Assembly (NCBI GenBank): GCA_009778915.1
Contig: WRFH01000004.1
Coordinates: forward strand, 37,390-101,389
Source: Elusimicrobiota bacterium
Lineage (GTDB): Bacteria; Elusimicrobiota; Elusimicrobia; Elusimicrobiales; Elusimicrobiaceae
Length of the DNA stretch: 64,000 bases
Reading direction: 5' to 3'
Shown: piece by piece, positions 9,175 to 18,643 of the stretch
Numbering within the stretch: position 1 is the stretch's first letter
How the letters are laid out: each line of letters begins with the position of its first letter
The notes under the pieces: generated by a model
What the model was told of the DNA's origin: nothing
Seen by the model: the letters and a program-made list of their open reading frames with translations, nothing else
Database searches by the model: none
Program-made: the position numbers and the translations under genes

Positions 9175-10374
9175 ATGAATCAATATAAAGTATTCTATGG
9201 GGAATATACACTAAAACATTGGATTGACCTTATTCTAAAAAAAGATATAATTCTTCCTCCCTATCAACGTAGTTTTGTTTGGAGCAAAGAAAGGACTTCT
9301 GGATTAATCAAAAGTTTAGAAGAAGGATTTTTCGTCCCTCCTGTTATTATTGCTTCTTTATCTATGAATAATAAATGGGAAAATTATATTCTGGATGGAC
9401 AACAACGCCTGACTTCTGTTCTGCTACGTTATCTTAATATATTCCCTGACGAAGACAAGTTTAAAGATACAGGGAATGATGCATTGGCAAATGACAATGA
9501 TGACGAGGAAGAAGAAGACTCTGATAATATTAATATCCTAAATTGGACGCTTAGAGATATTCAGGATGCGATACAGAATAGAGAAAAAGAAAATATTTTG
9601 AAAAATCTAATGAAAAGTGGAAAATATAAAGAATTTGATATCAATACACTAAATAGCGAATTTTTTGAAAAAACTTGCCTTCCTTTTGCTTATATAAAAC
9701 CAACTCAAGACTCTGAAAATGACCAAGTACGATATTATTCTTCTGTATTTCGCAGAATAAATACTGGAGCCCAATCTCTCTTACCTTTAGAAGCACGGGC
9801 TTCAATGTATTGGCTTAACAAAGATTTTAAAGATTTCTTTCAGCCTGTATTATTTAAACAAATAAAAACGAATACAAAAGTGACAGATTTCGCCAGATAT
9901 ATGTCTATATTAGCTGAATACGACCATTTAAAGAGGGGTAACAAAAATATATCTCTGTTGGCTCGTGGATTCCGATATAAAATGGAAACATATATAGAAA
10001 ATTTTATATACCATACAATAGGCGATAAACCGTCAACTACATTTACTGAGTTTAAGAGTATTTTCCCAAGTAATCAATATCAAGATAAAATTAATTATTT
10101 AAAAGAAGACATCAAGTATGCAGGAGTGCCAGAAAAACTCCAATCTATAGTCGATGCAGACTATTATTTATTTGGATTAATTTATTTTGTCTTATTTGAA
10201 AATAAAAGAATAGATACTAATAAAGTGAATAATTTAGATAAAGATATAAAGCAAGCCATTTCTGATGCCAAAGAAAAAGAGAAACGCCAACCTGCGGCAT
10301 TAAAATATTTAACAAGTAGAGTTAAAAAATCCATAGAAATATACGGACGCTATATTAAAGATGAACATAAATAA
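9175..10374 (+). CDS. DUF262 (GmrS-like ParB/Srx) domain protein
   Basis: PPYQRSFVW, ILDGQQRLTS, FRRINTG motifs. Confidence 0.88.
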   Translation: MNQYKVFYGEYTLKHWIDLILKKDIILPPYQRSFVWSKERTSGLIKSLEEGFFVPPVIIASLSMNNKWENYILDGQQRLTSVLLRYLNIFPDEDKFKDTGNDALANDNDDEEEEDSDNINILNWTLRDIQDAIQNREKENILKNLMKSGKYKEFDINTLNSEFFEKTCLPFAYIKPTQDSENDQVRYYSSVFRRINTGAQSLLPLEARASMYWLNKDFKDFFQPVLFKQIKTNTKVTDFARYMSILAEYDHLKRGNKNISLLARGFRYKMETYIENFIYHTIGDKPSTTFTEFKSIFPSNQYQDKINYLKEDIKYAGVPEKLQSIVDADYYLFGLIYFVLFENKRIDTNKVNNLDKDIKQAISDAKEKEKRQPAALKYLTSRVKKSIEIYGRYIKDEHK

Positions 10375-11125
10375 CAGCAGAAGATTTATAAAAGAGCCTG
10401 TTTTAAACATATTATATGATTCTATTGTGTCCACAATATCTCTTCAGGATGGATTCAATTCTTTGGCAGTTTTCGACTATATTTTCTCATCTGTTTTTAT
10501 AAAAATCACAGGATGTTTAGAGCAAAAGATGAAACTAATATGTTGGGAAATGGCAACTGAAGATTTAGAATATAGACGGAAACTGCTGTCAGATGAAGAT
10601 AATCTAGGGGAATGTTCTCGCTATGAGGCAAAAAATAAAATATTCAAATCTCTTTGTAAACATTATTTTTCTCTAACTGACACCACAGAACTTGAAATAC
10701 CTCAAACTTTATATTTAATAGAAATAAAAAAAGAGTTCCTTTCTCTATTTTCAAATTCTCACTTTAAAAATATTTATCCGAGAGATTACATGGAATGGCT
10801 TAATATAATTGATGAATGGATCAAGCAAAAGAAAGACTATAAAATAACATTGCTAAAAGATAGTGGATTGTCAAGTTCATTATTTGGAGAAGAAAATTGG
10901 GATAAGGACACAAAAAATCAAATAAAACTATCATATAATAATATGATTATTTTTAGAAATACGGTCGCGCACAACACAAAATCTCCATTAAAAGAGCTTC
11001 CTACGATAAAAACTATGCGACAACCTGATTTTGTTTATGAAAACTATTTTATTAGGTTCACAGTACTTATTTTAGCTGATAAAATTTTCATATCATTATT
11101 TGACAAATATCTGAAAGCCCTTTAA
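10361..11125 (+). CDS. Putative HEPN-domain RNase
   Basis: Helical protein with GCLEQK and R-X4-H motif RNTVAH; overlaps the DUF262 gene. Confidence 0.65.
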   Translation: MNINNSRRFIKEPVLNILYDSIVSTISLQDGFNSLAVFDYIFSSVFIKITGCLEQKMKLICWEMATEDLEYRRKLLSDEDNLGECSRYEAKNKIFKSLCKHYFSLTDTTELEIPQTLYLIEIKKEFLSLFSNSHFKNIYPRDYMEWLNIIDEWIKQKKDYKITLLKDSGLSSSLFGEENWDKDTKNQIKLSYNNMIIFRNTVAHNTKSPLKELPTIKTMRQPDFVYENYFIRFTVLILADKIFISLFDKYLKAL

Positions 11126-11133
11126 AATATCCA

Positions 11134-11565
11134 TCACCTCAAATTAAAAAAATCCGGGCCGCTGACTTTTGAACCACAAATTGTCTTGGCCACGGCTGAA
11201 AGCGTGGGATAAGTTTGTCCTTTATATTCAAACTTATCACTCCCCAAAACTATGACTTTGTTTTCTAGTCCGTTATAAATGCGGATTAGTTCCGTACCGA
11301 CTTTCAACTCATATTTATTTTTAACCGCTTTTTGTAGGGCCTCTTTTGGCCCACGTTTGGCATATTTGTTAAGGCGTAGGGCATATTTATCCACTAGTTT
11401 AATACCAAAAAGCTCGCACTGTATTTTATACCACAAAGGCCGGAGTATTGATGCCTTGGCACGGCAGGGAGATAAGAAAAACATTTCCCAATATTCCTGC
11501 AATCTGGCATATTCTATTTTTGATAGCTCTTCATAGCTTTTAGGCAAATAAACTTTATTTCTCAT
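11134..11565 (-). CDS. DUF2924 family protein
   Basis: GTELIRIYNG...FEYKGQTYPTLSAVAKTICGSKVSGPDFF signature. Confidence 0.85.
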   Translation of the reverse strand: MRNKVYLPKSYEELSKIEYARLQEYWEMFFLSPCRAKASILRPLWYKIQCELFGIKLVDKYALRLNKYAKRGPKEALQKAVKNKYELKVGTELIRIYNGLENKVIVLGSDKFEYKGQTYPTLSAVAKTICGSKVSGPDFFNLR

Positions 11566-11755
11566 TTAAAATCTCCCTGATTTTTTTGAGTTTTATCAAT
11601 ACTTGTCTGTCTTTATTTTTAGCACGTAGCAACAACTCAAATATCGCATTAGTAATCTCAAAAACTTCTTTGCCGGTTAAGCGTGGGCGACCATATGGAT
11701 TCCCGGATATGCCTTTCTTAAACCTATATTTTTCTGGTGGTTTTCTTTTAGACAT
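11555..11755 (-). CDS. Small DUF5681-like protein (66 aa)
   Basis: KPPEKYRFKKGISGNPYGRP signature; AAGGAG SD upstream of ATG 11755. Confidence 0.75.
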   Translation of the reverse strand: MSKRKPPEKYRFKKGISGNPYGRPRLTGKEVFEITNAIFELLLRAKNKDRQVLIKLKKIREILNEK

Positions 11756-11771
11756 ACATTCTCCTTTTGTA

Positions 11772-11804
11772 ACATTACCGCTTACTCTAGGGAGAGAAGT
11801 CAAG
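11772..11804 (-). promoter_or_regulatory. Repeated upstream motif, copy 2
   Basis: acattaccgcttact-N10-aagtcaag on + strand. Confidence 0.75.
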
Positions 11805-11915
11805 TTAAATATAGGCTCAATCCTGTAATAAAACAGAATGAGTCCGTAGTGAATAGTAGCTTTTGAAAATTGTAGAATGGTATCATATACTAAAACAAAG
11901 CAAAAAAGGTATGTT

Positions 11916-12773
11916 ATGACAAAAGAGATATTCATTAAAACCCGATTATTTAAAAATAACTCTGATTTTATAGAACAAAGAAAAAAACTTATACAAGAAG
12001 CCATTTCTTTTAAGTCTGGCAACCAAACACAAAGAGAAAAAACTATTACTTCGGTATTTGGATGTAATAAGGCAGCCTGTTTTTCAAAACCGGGCAAAGA
12101 AGCGGCAAGAAAGAATAATCCGAATTTGCTTGATATGTATCCCAGCGTAGAAGAAAATGAAAAAGAATTGTTCCAAAGTTGGGCATTTCAGCAAATTTGG
12201 GAATATCTTATAAAAATTTCTATTATTCAACACGATGCTTTTAAGAAAGTATTAGTTTTATTATATCGGTTATGTTTTTTTATTGACCATAAAGAGAATA
12301 CTGCTCATCAATTTCGCTATGCTCCGTCTAATGAGGTCCTCAATGAAATTGAAAATATACAAAAATATGTTTTAATTCCGGGCTTCAAAGAAAGATTTGG
12401 AACTACTCAAGAAGTTGAATTACTGGATTTTCTGTATTTTGTTGATTTACTTTCTTGGAATGAAGATGTTAAGTATAGGACGAAAAAAGAGCCGGGAGAA
12501 TTTTTTAAGAAAAATAAAAATGGAACTTATAGCCTCTCTACAGGCGAATGTTGGGCGGGACGAGTCAATACAATTTTATCCATAATTTCCGCGCCGCTTA
12601 TGATTAGCAAGTTTATAGACAATATAATTTACGCAACAGCCAATAAGGGCACTATCGACGTCAGACTTATAACAACGACTATCCAAACTTTTGCGAAAAC
12701 CAGAGGAATATGCGTAATACACGACAGGGAACTGCTTGCATACCTATCCCCCTATTTAGAGGACAATAAATGA
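11916..12773 (+). CDS. Hypothetical protein, probable restriction endonuclease partner of the downstream MTase
   Basis: Long AT-rich ORF overlapping the MTase start; no motif firmly recognised; start chosen at MTKEIF. Confidence 0.55.
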   Translation: MTKEIFIKTRLFKNNSDFIEQRKKLIQEAISFKSGNQTQREKTITSVFGCNKAACFSKPGKEAARKNNPNLLDMYPSVEENEKELFQSWAFQQIWEYLIKISIIQHDAFKKVLVLLYRLCFFIDHKENTAHQFRYAPSNEVLNEIENIQKYVLIPGFKERFGTTQEVELLDFLYFVDLLSWNEDVKYRTKKEPGEFFKKNKNGTYSLSTGECWAGRVNTILSIISAPLMISKFIDNIIYATANKGTIDVRLITTTIQTFAKTRGICVIHDRELLAYLSPYLEDNK

Positions 12774-13591
12774 ATATGCTCGACGAACTCAAAAATAAAA
12801 TTTTCAACGAAGATGTTTTTGAAACATTGAAGAGATTACCGGACAATTCGGTCGACATGGTTTATGGCGACCCCGATTATAATGTCGGCATCAATTATAA
12901 CGGTAAAAATTACACAAAAAAATGGAACGAATATATTGATTGGTATATTTCTTTGACGGAGGAATGCTTGCGCGTATTAAAGCCGGACGGCAATTTGTTT
13001 ATGCTTAATTACCCCAAACAAAACGCCTATTTGCGTGTTAAATATTTAGACGACGTGGCGTATAATGTCAATGATTATGTTTGGGTGTATAACAGCAATG
13101 TCGGAATGTCTGATAAAAAATTTACTACGGCCCATCGCTCTGTTTTACATGCGACAAAATCAAAAGACAATAAATTTTATAAAGAACAGGTTGCTCTGCC
13201 TTATCAAAACTTAAATGATAAAAGAATAAAACAAAACATTTCAAACGGCTCTGCCGGCAGAATGCCGTATTCGTGGTGGTATTTTAATTTGGTAAAGAAT
13301 GTTTCAAAAGATAAAACTTTTCACTCCTGCCAAATTCCTTTAGACCTTGTTGAAATGCTTATAAAAGCGACGACAAAAGAAAATGATTTGGTACAAATAC
13401 TCTTCGGCGGTTCAGGCTCGGAAATAGTTTTATGTAAAGAGTTAAAACGTAACTTTATATCAAGCGAATTGCACAAACCATATTACGATATGATACAGGC
13501 GCGGCTGAATAACAACGGCAAGATAGAAGAAAAATATAAATTGCAATTGAGAAAACAAAATAACGTACCTGAACAACCAATGCTTTTATAA
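12770..13591 (+). CDS. N6A/N4C DNA methyltransferase (beta class)
   Basis: DPDYN (DPPY variant) N-terminal, HSCQIP, FGGSGS SAM motif C-terminal. Confidence 0.88.
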   Translation: MNMLDELKNKIFNEDVFETLKRLPDNSVDMVYGDPDYNVGINYNGKNYTKKWNEYIDWYISLTEECLRVLKPDGNLFMLNYPKQNAYLRVKYLDDVAYNVNDYVWVYNSNVGMSDKKFTTAHRSVLHATKSKDNKFYKEQVALPYQNLNDKRIKQNISNGSAGRMPYSWWYFNLVKNVSKDKTFHSCQIPLDLVEMLIKATTKENDLVQILFGGSGSEIVLCKELKRNFISSELHKPYYDMIQARLNNNGKIEEKYKLQLRKQNNVPEQPMLL

Positions 13592-13658
13592 TAAAATTTA
13601 CAATTTTATTGTTACGCCGTTCAGTTAAGCAAAGATACAATTAGAAACGAAACTAAGT

Positions 13659-13692
13659 AAAGCCCCGTTGATATATTTCAACAGGGCTTTTT
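13659..13692. terminator. Hairpin terminator between convergent R-M operons
   Basis: AAAGCCCCGTTGA-tatatt-TCAACAGGGCTTT. Confidence 0.65.
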
Positions 13693-13708
13693 ATATGAAG
13701 ATGAGATT

Positions 13709-14455
13709 TTATTTTAAGATTTTTACCCAGCTATCTTTATATTTCATGGCCGACAAAACATCTTCTTTTTTTAAAAGAGGAGGTTTTGTTATAGAAATAT
13801 ATAACGTATCAGAGGGGATGTCTTCCACTATAGTGAATTGAGAACCATGCGGCTGCCAAGTAAAGCAATGCTTGCCTTTAGCGTCAAAACCCTCAAGATT
13901 TTCTCTGCTATTCCATTTCCAAGTATATAATTCATGCTCATATCTTTGAGTGTCAAACTCAAAAATCGCGAATTCATCAAAGTTTTTACCCTTCATTAAA
14001 ACCACAGTCCTGACAAATTTATATTCTTTGCGTACGGCGGAAACGCGCTCGTTCCAGATTGCAAGAACTTGTTCCCCTAAAGAGTTCGGGTCGGCTGACA
14101 GATAATGAGAGTCTCCGAATGAATACTTAGGCGAGTTCCTACCTGATATCAAGCGAACTCTTTTTTGAGTTCTAATAGAAGCGGATTTGACCGTCTTTGC
14201 GCCCCAACAACAATTACCGAGGACAACGTCATCTAACCCAACATTGGACGGTTTCCATTTTGCGCCAACGCAATTGGCAAAAATTTCTTCCCACTCGCTG
14301 CCTTGAAGGTCATAGGAAAGTTTTGTCGCCATGGCGTAAGCAAGTTCTCTCCCTAAGTTGGATATAAAACCCTTTGGAAACTCGTTTAAATCAAAAGGCG
14401 GTTTTACCTTCTGTACAGTTCTTAATTTGGGATTTAAATTTGCCATTTTTTTCAC
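13709..14455 (-). CDS. Putative type II restriction endonuclease
   Basis: Directly downstream of C5 MTase and vsr; PD-(D/E)xK-like LDDVV...GAKTVK. Confidence 0.65.
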   Translation of the reverse strand: MKKMANLNPKLRTVQKVKPPFDLNEFPKGFISNLGRELAYAMATKLSYDLQGSEWEEIFANCVGAKWKPSNVGLDDVVLGNCCWGAKTVKSASIRTQKRVRLISGRNSPKYSFGDSHYLSADPNSLGEQVLAIWNERVSAVRKEYKFVRTVVLMKGKNFDEFAIFEFDTQRYEHELYTWKWNSRENLEGFDAKGKHCFTWQPHGSQFTIVEDIPSDTLYISITKPPLLKKEDVLSAMKYKDSWVKILK

Positions 14456-14515
14456 TCAATAGAATTAATTAACTTCTAATAAATTCTACTGGTTTTTTAG
14501 GAAAATAACAATGGG

Positions 14516-15649
14516 TTAGTAAAATACGGCGGGGATAAAGTTTTTTAATACTTCATAAACCATATCGACGGGCACGGCGTTGCCGGCCTGTTTGCGAATG
14601 TGAGAGTCTTCCAAAACTATTCTGAAATCGTCAGGGAAACCTTGAAGGCGAAGCATTTCTCTTGGGGTTAAGCGTCTTTCTCCGTTGACAAGCAGATAAT
14701 TGTACGATGCGCCGGCGCGTAAAGCGCAGGAGTACGGATAAGAAGAAATATTTCCGCTCTTATTTTCATGCCAAATAGACGGGGTATGTTTGCTTGTGTG
14801 CGCCGCTTTTCTTTTGTCAATTATACTTTTAGAGGCAAAATATTTGGCGGCGACATTTTTTTCTAATATATCATTCAACTTTTTGCCGCTTGCAACCTTC
14901 TTCGGCCATTTCATATCAAAAGGGTGTAATGCGCCGACAATGATTACTCTTTCTCTCTTTTGCGGCAGACCATAATCTAGGGCGTTTAAGACCTTATAGT
15001 CAACAAAATAGCCCAAGTCTTTTAAAGTGGTTAAAATTTTCTTAAACGTCTTACCCCCATCGTGCGAAACCAGCCTTTTAACGTTTTCCAAAACGAAAGC
15101 TTTGGGCTTTTTAGCCGCTAAAATACGCGCAATTTCAAAAAATAACGTGCCGCGGGTATCTTCAAAGCCCTTGCCTAAACCGATAATGCTAAACGCCTGA
15201 CAAGGAAATCCTGCAAATAAAATATCGTGTTCCGGGATTTTATTATTTGGAATCTTTGTAATATCGCCTGAAGGATATTTGCCGAAGTTGGCGGCGTAGC
15301 TTTTACAGGCAAACTCGTCAATATCCGAACTTAAAAGACATTCATAATTTATTTCTTCAGAATCAAAAAACTTTTTTGCGGCAAAATGGAATCCGCCTAT
15401 TCCGCAAAACAAATCTATAAAACGGATTTTTTGTTTAACGGCGGGCTCAACAGCGGAATTTTTGTTAAGGAAAATATGTTCTACCGGCATGTCAAATACG
15501 CCGGATATGCGATAGGCGAGGTCTATTGACGGCGTGGTATCCCCGTTTTCAATAGAAATAATAGTCTTACGGGTAACGTTTGCCCTCTCAGCCAGCTCAT
15601 TTTGGGTAACGTTATTAGCCCTGCGTATTGTTTTTAAAGTGTTTTCCAT
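14516..15649 (-). CDS. C5 cytosine DNA methyltransferase with N-terminal XRE HTH
   Basis: HTH TQNELAERANVTRKTIISIENG; FIDLFCGIGG, AGFPCQ, ENV, QKRER, QAGNAV. Confidence 0.95.
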   Translation of the reverse strand: MENTLKTIRRANNVTQNELAERANVTRKTIISIENGDTTPSIDLAYRISGVFDMPVEHIFLNKNSAVEPAVKQKIRFIDLFCGIGGFHFAAKKFFDSEEINYECLLSSDIDEFACKSYAANFGKYPSGDITKIPNNKIPEHDILFAGFPCQAFSIIGLGKGFEDTRGTLFFEIARILAAKKPKAFVLENVKRLVSHDGGKTFKKILTTLKDLGYFVDYKVLNALDYGLPQKRERVIIVGALHPFDMKWPKKVASGKKLNDILEKNVAAKYFASKSIIDKRKAAHTSKHTPSIWHENKSGNISSYPYSCALRAGASYNYLLVNGERRLTPREMLRLQGFPDDFRIVLEDSHIRKQAGNAVPVDMVYEVLKNFIPAVFY

Positions 15650-15662
15650 ATAAAGTATTAAA

Positions 15663-15678
15663 TGTGAAGTTTATTACA
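15663..15678. promoter_or_regulatory. Putative operator for the HTH-MTase
   Basis: Imperfect palindrome TGTGAAGTTTATTACA just upstream of the MTase start. Confidence 0.45.
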
Positions 15679-15719
15679 CTTATTGTATTAAAATTAAGAA
15701 AGAAATAAAAGCGTTATTT

Positions 15720-16136
15720 TCAAAGTTTGGCGTTGACCGCTTTTTTAATTTTGGAAACGCACTTATCTATATTTTTTTCTATATCATTCCCCCAAAAACG
15801 CAAAACAAGCCATCCATCTTTTTTAAGCTGTCTGTTAACGAATTTATCCCTTGACATATTTCTTTGTATTTTGGCCAGCCAATATTTTTTATTGGAGTCT
15901 ATATAATTAGGATTTTTTTGCAACTTTTTTCCATGCCAAAACTCGCTGTCGCAAAAAACCGCTATTTTATATTTTCCAAAAACAATATCCGGTTTGCCCA
16001 AAATATTTTTACAGTTTTTTCGATAGCGAAAACCGCTTTGCCATAACGTCTTGGCGAGTTTTACTTCTATTTTAGTCCCGCTAGACTTTATGGCCCGCAT
16101 TGTTTCGCTGCGCTGTTTTTTTGTCACGGTATCCAT
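15720..16136 (-). CDS. vsr: Very short patch repair endonuclease
   Basis: MDTVTKKQRSETMRAIKS, GKPDI, FCDSEFWHG, RFW. Confidence 0.95.
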   Translation of the reverse strand: MDTVTKKQRSETMRAIKSSGTKIEVKLAKTLWQSGFRYRKNCKNILGKPDIVFGKYKIAVFCDSEFWHGKKLQKNPNYIDSNKKYWLAKIQRNMSRDKFVNRQLKKDGWLVLRFWGNDIEKNIDKCVSKIKKAVNAKL

Positions 16137-16153
16137 AAAATTATTTTAACAAA

Positions 16154-16366
16154 TCAGTTGCGGTGCATAAAGAGCATTGTTTCATAAACGCTTTTTAAAT
16201 GGAGAGCAGCCTTGTCTATATCCGCCAGCCCGCCTATTATTAAATTAGCTTTGTTTTCCTCCACCCCCTCTTTAGCATAGGCCATTTTTTGGTTAATATC
16301 ACGCGTCAATCCTTCAAGTACGCTGAAAGATTGCTTTAAAAATCTTATTTTTTCTTCTTTTGTCAT
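16154..16366 (-). CDS. Small hypothetical protein (70 aa)
   Basis: AGGAGG SD; co-oriented with DUF2924 gene. Confidence 0.65.
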   Translation of the reverse strand: MTKEEKIRFLKQSFSVLEGLTRDINQKMAYAKEGVEENKANLIIGGLADIDKAALHLKSVYETMLFMHRN

Positions 16367-16414
16367 AACGCCTCCTGGTTTTAGGTGGCAGGAGTTATCC
16401 TGCCACCTGTTTGA

Positions 16415-16696
16415 TTACAGTTTAAAAAATACATATCCGCTGACCGGGCCGCCCACGATATGGACTGCGACGGCGGATATGCTTTTGAAGGTTTGGCCTT
16501 TGTATTCAAAGCCGTTTTCAAGCACTTTTACCTCCAAGATTTCGCCTTTATACTTCCTTGTTATGACGCTGCCCGGCTTGGGTATGCGCGGGTCATGCGC
16601 CCTGGCAGTATCCTGATAGGCCGCTGTTGTCATGTCTATGGGCAAGCCTTTTTGCTCTGTTTTTATAACCTTTATTTTTGTTTGTTTTTTCTTCAT
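16415..16696 (-). CDS. DUF2924 family protein (second copy)
   Basis: PGSVITRKYKG...GFEYKGQTFKSISAVAVHIVGGPVSGYVFF; GGAGG SD before MKKKQ. Confidence 0.85.
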   Translation of the reverse strand: MKKKQTKIKVIKTEQKGLPIDMTTAAYQDTARAHDPRIPKPGSVITRKYKGEILEVKVLENGFEYKGQTFKSISAVAVHIVGGPVSGYVFFKL

Positions 16697-16725
16697 AACT
16701 TCCTCCATCCCTATAGCGGGTATAC

Positions 16726-16758
16726 ACATTACCGCTTACTATAGGGATGTAAGTCAAG
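16726..16758 (-). promoter_or_regulatory. Repeated upstream motif, copy 3
   Basis: acattaccgcttact-N10-aagtcaag; partly inside an 11-bp inverted repeat CATCCCTATAG/CTATAGGGATG. Confidence 0.75.
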
Positions 16759-18231
16759 TTATACCAGATTCTTAAGCCAATCCAGTCCGGGGCCTCTATT
16801 CAGCTCATGCGCTAAAAGCTGGGAAAGAGAGTCGCATTGGTCGTCATGTTTCCCGTTAGGGAAGCTTACAAGCTCTTTCTCAAAAGCTTCCCACCACTTT
16901 GGCTTGTTATCTGGGAAAACGCACCTGCCGGACTCTAAAAGGTGCGATATATTTTTTAACCTTGTAGCCTTGTCGTGCTCAGGCTTGAAAGGTTTTAATG
17001 TATTGCCATACTTTTCCGTCATGTATTGGGCAAGCCCGGTGCCGCTATTGATATCCTCGACTATGATATCCTCTAAAAAGGCTATGTCTTTATATTTTGC
17101 AGAGGCCTTATCTTTTAGCTCCTCCGCTTTTTTGACTAAAGCAGGGAACTCGAGTTTATCTCTGTAAACGCCTAAAATATAAATCTTATTATCAGAGGCC
17201 GTCAGATACGTTATACAAACAGAATAATCATTGTGTTCCTCAGCCTTACTCGCGGTATCCCAGCTCTGCCCGATATGAAACGGCCTTATTTTACGGGTTC
17301 TTATATCTTCTAAAAGAGTTTGCCGGTTATAAAACTTTAGCCATTCGCGCTTAATAATATTCCCTCCGCGCGACGTCGGATTTTGCTGATACTGGCTGGC
17401 AAAGTAATAAGAGCCCATACTGCTTTCTATTTCTTTCAGTTTGACCGCGCTCTCTCTTTCCGGGTGCAATGCCTCGCCAATTTTACGTGTAAAAATGGTT
17501 TTATTACCCGAATGGTCACTGACTTCCCAACTCTCATCCTCCACCGCTATTGAAGGCATTTTTATCAGTCTAAATGAGGAGTCTATTTCCAGTAAATGGC
17601 CTGTAAAGTCCATCTCGTGAGTACGCTGCATAATAACGATTATTTTACCGTTATTTTTATCGTTCAGCCTTGAAATGAGGGTATTCCCGTACCAATCGTT
17701 AGTTTTTTCTCTGATAGTGTCCGAATTAGCGTCTTTTGGAGAGATGGGATCATCGATTATGGCGATATCCCCGCCCCGTCCCGTCAGCGTTCCCCCTACG
17801 GATGTGGAAAACCGCCCGCCGCCTTTAGTGGTTTCAAAATCGCTTATACCCTTCCTGTCTTTTGAGAGCTTGGTCGCGGGGAAAATTTCCCGATACCACA
17901 CGCTGTCCATTATCTTCCGGCAATCCAAAGCCATTTTTTCCGCCAAGCCGTCCGAATAACTGGCGCATATAATATTCATTTTCGGATTGTGCCCGAGTAA
18001 AAAAGCGGGCAAAGCCACGGAGCATAGAATAGATTTCATGTACCTGGGCGGGATATTAATTATTAACTTTGGATTTTTGCCCTGCGTTACGTCAACAAGT
18101 TCACTGCATATAACGTCGGTATACCAATGGTCCAAGTACGTACTATTCCCTGCGATTTCCTGAAAGACTTTTATAGAAAAAGACTTCAAGTCCTGCCTTA
18201 ATATTGCCGCCAATTCTTCATTTTTGTTCAT
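16759..18231 (-). CDS. Phage terminase large subunit
   Basis: INIPPRYMKS, TGRGGDIAIIDDP, SQYQQNP, SWDTA, FPNGKHDDQCDS. Confidence 0.93.
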   Translation of the reverse strand: MNKNEELAAILRQDLKSFSIKVFQEIAGNSTYLDHWYTDVICSELVDVTQGKNPKLIINIPPRYMKSILCSVALPAFLLGHNPKMNIICASYSDGLAEKMALDCRKIMDSVWYREIFPATKLSKDRKGISDFETTKGGGRFSTSVGGTLTGRGGDIAIIDDPISPKDANSDTIREKTNDWYGNTLISRLNDKNNGKIIVIMQRTHEMDFTGHLLEIDSSFRLIKMPSIAVEDESWEVSDHSGNKTIFTRKIGEALHPERESAVKLKEIESSMGSYYFASQYQQNPTSRGGNIIKREWLKFYNRQTLLEDIRTRKIRPFHIGQSWDTASKAEEHNDYSVCITYLTASDNKIYILGVYRDKLEFPALVKKAEELKDKASAKYKDIAFLEDIIVEDINSGTGLAQYMTEKYGNTLKPFKPEHDKATRLKNISHLLESGRCVFPDNKPKWWEAFEKELVSFPNGKHDDQCDSLSQLLAHELNRGPGLDWLKNLV

Positions 18232-18643
18232 TTGTCATCTCCTTTTTTCTCTTAAAAAAATTATTTATTATGAATTCATCATCCTTTGTTAATGCCGAGA
18301 CTACTTTTTCACGTTCTTCCTCCTTCATATCTAAGATAGAAACCTGTGATAGCACCATCCCCACAGCTTTCAAATTACCCTTTAAAGCACTGTTAACAAG
18401 CTGCATCCAAATGGCGGTAAGAGTTTTTACCCTGGACGGTTCCCCATTCTTTCTAACGTCAATATCTTTTTCAAGAATATCTTTGAGTATGGACATTGAG
18501 TTTTTATCGCCTTTTGGCCGGCCCGCAGGGTTGCCGGACACGCCTTTTTTAAACTGTGTGTTCAACGGCGGCTTTTTGTAGCCGGTTTTATACTCCGACT
18601 CCGATATAAGTCTATTTTGAGTTCTTTTTATGGTCAGTATCAT
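18218..18643 (-). CDS. DUF5681 protein (small-terminase-like)
   Basis: GYKKPPLNTQFKKGVSGNPAGRPKG; immediately upstream of terL. Confidence 0.85.
   Translation of the reverse strand: MILTIKRTQNRLISESEYKTGYKKPPLNTQFKKGVSGNPAGRPKGDKNSMSILKDILEKDIDVRKNGEPSRVKTLTAIWMQLVNSALKGNLKAVGMVLSQVSILDMKEEEREKVVSALTKDDEFIINNFFKRKKEMTNEQK

Noticed and set aside
11756-12097. N-terminal extension of the 180-aa ORF 11555-12097
   Set aside because: Overlaps the opposite-strand gene and the promoter motif; SD and DUF5681 signature support a start at 11755.
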